Positions 25,186 to 29,254 of a stretch of DNA of 29,254 bases are shown in pieces (position 1 is the first letter of the stretch; every line of letters starts with the position of its first letter). The stretch comes from a virus. Its lineage: Duplodnaviria > Caudoviricetes. The stretch is from IMG/VR virus record IMGVR_UViG_3300030333_001118, positions 1-29,254 of that record. One strand, written 5' to 3'. Both the position numbers and the translations under genes were made by a program. The notes under the pieces were generated by a model that ran no database searches, was not told where the DNA came from, and saw nothing but the letters and a program-made list of their open reading frames with translations.

Positions 25186-28100
25186 ATGCCAGAAAGTATA
25201 AATAGTAAATTAAAAGAACAGTATGATCACGATGATAGTGGAGGATCATTAGATACTAATCTAGGGGATTTTTTAGATTCTGAAAGTGCATCTGGTACTT
25301 CTAATAATACCAAGTGGAGGAATTGGGCAGAAGGTACAGGCACTAGCTTAAATACAAGACTTTTTAACAAACATGGTGGCTCTGGTTCATTCATGACCAG
25401 ATGGAAAAATTGGGTAGCATTTAGCTCAACTCATTCAATTAATTTCGATGGTTCTAATGATTATTTACATATACCATCACTTGATTTATTCGAAACTAGT
25501 GCATCAGGAACAACTTGGTCAGCTTGGATAAAACCAACCAATACATCCTCTGGTGAAAGGTCAATAGTTGGTAGGGTTTCTGGTGTGAACCAGAGTTATG
25601 GTGCAGGAATATCACATAATGGCACAACTTTATATGGTCAGGCATCAAATGGTTCGTTCAATGTTCAATCTACGAGTACAATCGTAGCAGGTGAATGGCA
25701 ACATGTCGCATTTACAGCAAAAAATGGAGAACAAAAATTATATCATAATGGAGTATTAAAGACAACTGCAACAAATAGCACAGTCGAAGAAAATGGTAGT
25801 CATTTTGCAATAGGTTCTGGTAATCATCTTGGTACACCCAATTCTTTTTTTAATGGTCAGATTGACGAAGTTGCCATGTGGGATGCGTACTTAACTGAGT
25901 CAGATGTTACATCCATATACAACAATGGCAAGGTAATTGATCTTAGTAACTCTACGGCTTATGCAGTAGATCGTACGGCTAACCTTGAACTATGGCTACG
26001 CTGTGGAGACAAAGCAGAACCAGAATCCACAACCTCAATCGCCAGAAGTGATTTCTATACTGATTTTGATGGTACGGATGATGTGGTTGAACTTGGTTCT
26101 GATGCCTCAATAGACAATGTGTTTGTTGGTGGTGCTACTCTTACTGCTTGGATAAATCCATCAAGTGATGGAGAAAATAATTTTGGTAGAATTTTTGACA
26201 AATCAACAGCTACATCGGGTGCTGATGGTTTTTATTTTTTAGTAACAGACGAAAGTAGTGGTAATTGTGAACTACGATTTGCTCATGGGTTTGATTCTAC
26301 TGTAGGATTCTGGGATAGCACAGCTACTGTTGCCTTAAATACATGGAATCATGTAGCTGTAGCATATAATAATAGTTCTACATCTAATAATCCTATTTTT
26401 TATATTAATGGAGTAAGCGTAACAGTTACAGAGGGTGATGCACCTTCTGGAACTGTAGCTGATGATTCAAGTCAAAATTTATTCATTGGTAATAATACAG
26501 GTGGAGCTAGGACATTTGCAGGTGGTATAAGTTCGGCAAGTATTTATAACACAATCTTGGATGCTCAAACCATTTCACAGATGGCAAAATCAAGGTTTAC
26601 TCCAATGCGTGATAATCGCTTTTCTGTGGTGGATTTTGATGGTACAAATGACCATATTGTAGTTTCAGATAATAGTGCTTTAGATTTTGGTACAGGTGAT
26701 TTCACAGTAGCCTTATGGCATAAAAGCGATGCTCAACACGACCAACCATTTATAAATAAAAAAACAACATTTTCAGATAATACAGCAGGTTGGACAATAT
26801 ACATGGAAAATGGTAATGACCAAATGAGATGTCGTATTGCAGGTGGTAGTTCTAATGTAGCAGTATCAGCAGGTACAAAATCAGTAAGTGATAATAATTG
26901 GCATTTCACAACAATGGTGCGAAGTGGAGATAATTTATATTTATATACAGATGGTGTTTTAGAGGGTAGTACAACAGGAGTAAATAGCTTAGATGTAGAT
27001 AATTCAGATGATTTATATATTGGTAGGGGTGGTAGTCTATACCCACAAATAAGTGTATCAAGTGTATCTCTTTACAATGTAGCCAAATCAGCAGAAGAAG
27101 TTTACGCTATCTACCAAAAAGGTATTACTTATGATGAATCTTCGCTTAGTGGACTTGTTGGATATTGGAGAATGGGCGATGACACAAGTAAAGCATATCC
27201 TACCATAGCAGATTCAAGTTCTAACTCAAACGATGGTACGATTACAAATGGTGCATCAGATGACATAGTACAGCAAATGGTTGCAGGTTATGACATGGGT
27301 GCATTTGAGAGTAATTCAGAAGAATTAGGTGGTTCTGAATTAGCAAATGCATCAAGTGGAAATTTTGTAGGTGTTAGTTCTAATGATTGGACAGAAGAGG
27401 CAAATGGAGATATTACTTTCTCTAACAATCAAATGGTTGTAGAGAAAACAGGTAGTGGAACAAATATTATTATAGCAGATTCTGGATTTTTTAAAACAAG
27501 CACTATGCCACAAAAGTTTTTAAAAATAACTGCTGATGTAGATAGTAGTACAACAGGTACATGGTATTTTAGAAGTATGTTTGGCTCTGCTACAGCAGGA
27601 ATATTTGACACTCCAGAAACAGATTTAACAGCAGGGCAAACAATGTCTGCTTATGGACTTATGGATAATACAGGTGCAAAATTAAGACTATATGGAACAG
27701 GTAGTGTTGGCACTAAACTTGTATTAAATAGTTTTGAAGTCAAAGAAGTCCTCCAATCAGAAGTATCAGACACTTACCCTTTATTAGTAGATGTAAACAA
27801 TCCTGTGATAAGTCAAGACTTGCAGACAGGAACATGGAATAATTCTGATTTAGTAGGATTTACAGGAGCATCGGCAGATGGTTTTACAGCAGTAAATACA
27901 GATAGTGGACAAGGTAACGATGATAATGCTTATGGAAATCAAATATCATTTACAGCAGGTAAGACATATAAAATAGAATTTACAATAACTGCGAATTCGG
28001 GTGTTGCCTTACCAACGATTCATTATGGAGTAAATTCTGCTGTTACAGGAGATACTGACGCTACTCAAGCAAATGTTTCTGGGGCAGGTTCAAATTCAAT

Positions 28101-29040
28101 GACATTCACACCAAGTTCTACTTTAACAAATTATTACCCTTATGTAAGAATTGGTGCAAATGCTGTTTACAATTTTACAATAAGTGATTATCAAATTATT
28201 GAGTACAAAGGCAACACAGGCACAATGACCAACCAAGCCACAAGTGATTTAGTCTATTCCTCAGTTCTACCAGATCAATCCTTTCTCACAGGGGTAAACT
28301 CTGCGTATAATTTTATAGACTTAGATGGTAGTGATGAATTTATTGCATCAAGTAGTAATATTGGAATAAGTGGTTCTAATGCTTATACAATGAATTGTTG
28401 GTTTAAGTTAGATGCTTATGGTTCTTTCCCTGTATTAATGTCAAGTGGAGAAATAGCAGGATATAAAGAAAATTCATTACTTATACGTACAGACCATAAC
28501 ACAGTTGGTTGGGGAAATCAAATAGGTGCTAATGACTTTGCAAATGCCTCTGGTACTACAATATCTTTAAATACTTGGTTTATGGCTACTCTTACTTTTA
28601 ATGGTAGTGATACAATAAGAATTTATATAAATGGAGCGTTAGATGGCACAAAGTCAGTAAGTAGTATTAATATAACCAATAGCGTTTTATATATAGGCAA
28701 AAGAGTAACTGGTTTATTTCTTAATGGTCAAATAACTCAATGCTCAGTTTTTAATAAAACACTTTCAGCAACAGAAGTTAGTGCAATATACGATCTTACG
28801 AGACATGGCAACTTACTTGATAGCTATTCAGATAATTTATTAGGTTATTTTGCGATGGGTGCTTTAGATGGCACAACAGGGTTAAGTGATGTGGGTGATG
28901 GTACTATCTACGATAGAAGTGGAAACTCAAATCATGGTACTGCTACCAATACAGAATCAGCAGATTTAAAAAGTTCACCAAACGCAGAACCGAATGGCTA
29001 TGCAAAAGGTGATACTAATCGTTCAACAACAACACCTTAA
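25186..29040 (+). CDS. Large virion fibre/adhesin with four LamG (concanavalin A-like) domains
   Basis: Four (F/L)DG(S/T)xD openers (NFDGSND, DFDGTDD, DFDGTND, DLDGSDE), each followed by SAWIKP/WxHVA/YxNG/IG/FNGQI-type motifs; LVGYWRMGD. Confidence 0.88.
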   Translation: MPESINSKLKEQYDHDDSGGSLDTNLGDFLDSESASGTSNNTKWRNWAEGTGTSLNTRLFNKHGGSGSFMTRWKNWVAFSSTHSINFDGSNDYLHIPSLDLFETSASGTTWSAWIKPTNTSSGERSIVGRVSGVNQSYGAGISHNGTTLYGQASNGSFNVQSTSTIVAGEWQHVAFTAKNGEQKLYHNGVLKTTATNSTVEENGSHFAIGSGNHLGTPNSFFNGQIDEVAMWDAYLTESDVTSIYNNGKVIDLSNSTAYAVDRTANLELWLRCGDKAEPESTTSIARSDFYTDFDGTDDVVELGSDASIDNVFVGGATLTAWINPSSDGENNFGRIFDKSTATSGADGFYFLVTDESSGNCELRFAHGFDSTVGFWDSTATVALNTWNHVAVAYNNSSTSNNPIFYINGVSVTVTEGDAPSGTVADDSSQNLFIGNNTGGARTFAGGISSASIYNTILDAQTISQMAKSRFTPMRDNRFSVVDFDGTNDHIVVSDNSALDFGTGDFTVALWHKSDAQHDQPFINKKTTFSDNTAGWTIYMENGNDQMRCRIAGGSSNVAVSAGTKSVSDNNWHFTTMVRSGDNLYLYTDGVLEGSTTGVNSLDVDNSDDLYIGRGGSLYPQISVSSVSLYNVAKSAEEVYAIYQKGITYDESSLSGLVGYWRMGDDTSKAYPTIADSSSNSNDGTITNGASDDIVQQMVAGYDMGAFESNSEELGGSELANASSGNFVGVSSNDWTEEANGDITFSNNQMVVEKTGSGTNIIIADSGFFKTSTMPQKFLKITADVDSSTTGTWYFRSMFGSATAGIFDTPETDLTAGQTMSAYGLMDNTGAKLRLYGTGSVGTKLVLNSFEVKEVLQSEVSDTYPLLVDVNNPVISQDLQTGTWNNSDLVGFTGASADGFTAVNTDSGQGNDDNAYGNQISFTAGKTYKIEFTITANSGVALPTIHYGVNSAVTGDTDATQANVSGAGSNSMTFTPSSTLTNYYPYVRIGANAVYNFTISDYQIIEYKGNTGTMTNQATSDLVYSSVLPDQSFLTGVNSAYNFIDLDGSDEFIASSSNIGISGSNAYTMNCWFKLDAYGSFPVLMSSGEIAGYKENSLLIRTDHNTVGWGNQIGANDFANASGTTISLNTWFMATLTFNGSDTIRIYINGALDGTKSVSSINITNSVLYIGKRVTGLFLNGQITQCSVFNKTLSATEVSAIYDLTRHGNLLDSYSDNLLGYFAMGALDGTTGLSDVGDGTIYDRSGNSNHGTATNTESADLKSSPNAEPNGYAKGDTNRSTTTP

Positions 29041-29051
29041 AGGAATTAATT

Positions 29052-29254
29052 ATGAGTGAAGAAGTAACAAATAGATGGTCAGATGATTATAGTGGTAGGT
29101 GGGCAAGTAGGGCATATATGATTGTGCCTGTAGCTGATATTGATTCAGCAGATGCACCTACAGACTCAAATACAATCGCACAGATAAAATCATGGATGGA
29201 CACCTATGGCTATGAATATACCTCAGATATGAGCAAAGCAGAGCTATTAGGAGC
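29052..29254 (+). CDS. N-terminal part of the junction-spanning 142-aa protein (continues to 325)
   Basis: SD AAGGA, MSEEVTNRWSDDYSGRWASRAYMIVPVADIDSADAPTDSNTIAQIKSWMDTYG, open to the window end. Confidence 0.8.
   Translation, partial: MSEEVTNRWSDDYSGRWASRAYMIVPVADIDSADAPTDSNTIAQIKSWMDTYGYEYTSDMSKAELLG
29157..29254. repeat. Terminal direct repeat, right copy
   Basis: Identical to 2..99. Confidence 0.97.

Noticed and set aside
55-27611. All minus-strand ORFs in the track (e.g. 55..243, 315..572, 5092..5358, 22237..22629, 23028..23408, 27429..27611)
   Set aside because: They are antisense shadows of well-supported, tightly coupled + strand genes and show no recognisable motifs
25186-29040. 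Diversity-generating retroelement targeting the LamG protein
   Set aside because: No reverse transcriptase gene and no template/variable repeat pair seen

Overview
This window is an apparently complete, circular genome of a small, AT-rich tailed dsDNA phage of siphovirus type, about 29,155 bp after removing a 98-bp end overlap. All credible genes lie on the + strand. Reading around the circle from about 17.9 kb: ParB-methyltransferase, terS, terL, portal, minor head, scaffold, major capsid, a 1284-aa LamG-repeat protein, then across the junction a HeH/LEM-like protein, a type IV pilin/pseudopilin-like gene, six small membrane/lipoprotein or micro genes, three very basic proteins, an M15 endolysin, a metallophosphoesterase, neck, tail tube, frameshifted tail chaperones, a short tape measure, tail-tip genes and a terminator. 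The early/replication block (12.3-17.7 kb) holds SSB, NinG, a PD-(D/E)XK nuclease, a C5 methyltransferase, an initiator with an iteron origin and a sigma-region-4-like regulator. I saw no integrase, repressor, polymerase, helicase, tRNA or CRISPR. The most unusual items are: (1) a phage-encoded prepilin at the head of a translationally coupled membrane-protein cassette; (2) structured non-coding elements at the early/late boundaries, including a leader that can sequester the first early start codon and a 15-nt complementarity between the late leader and the late terminator; (3) strong avoidance of CCWGG and related pentamers. Protein family calls come from motifs recognised by eye; no database search was run.
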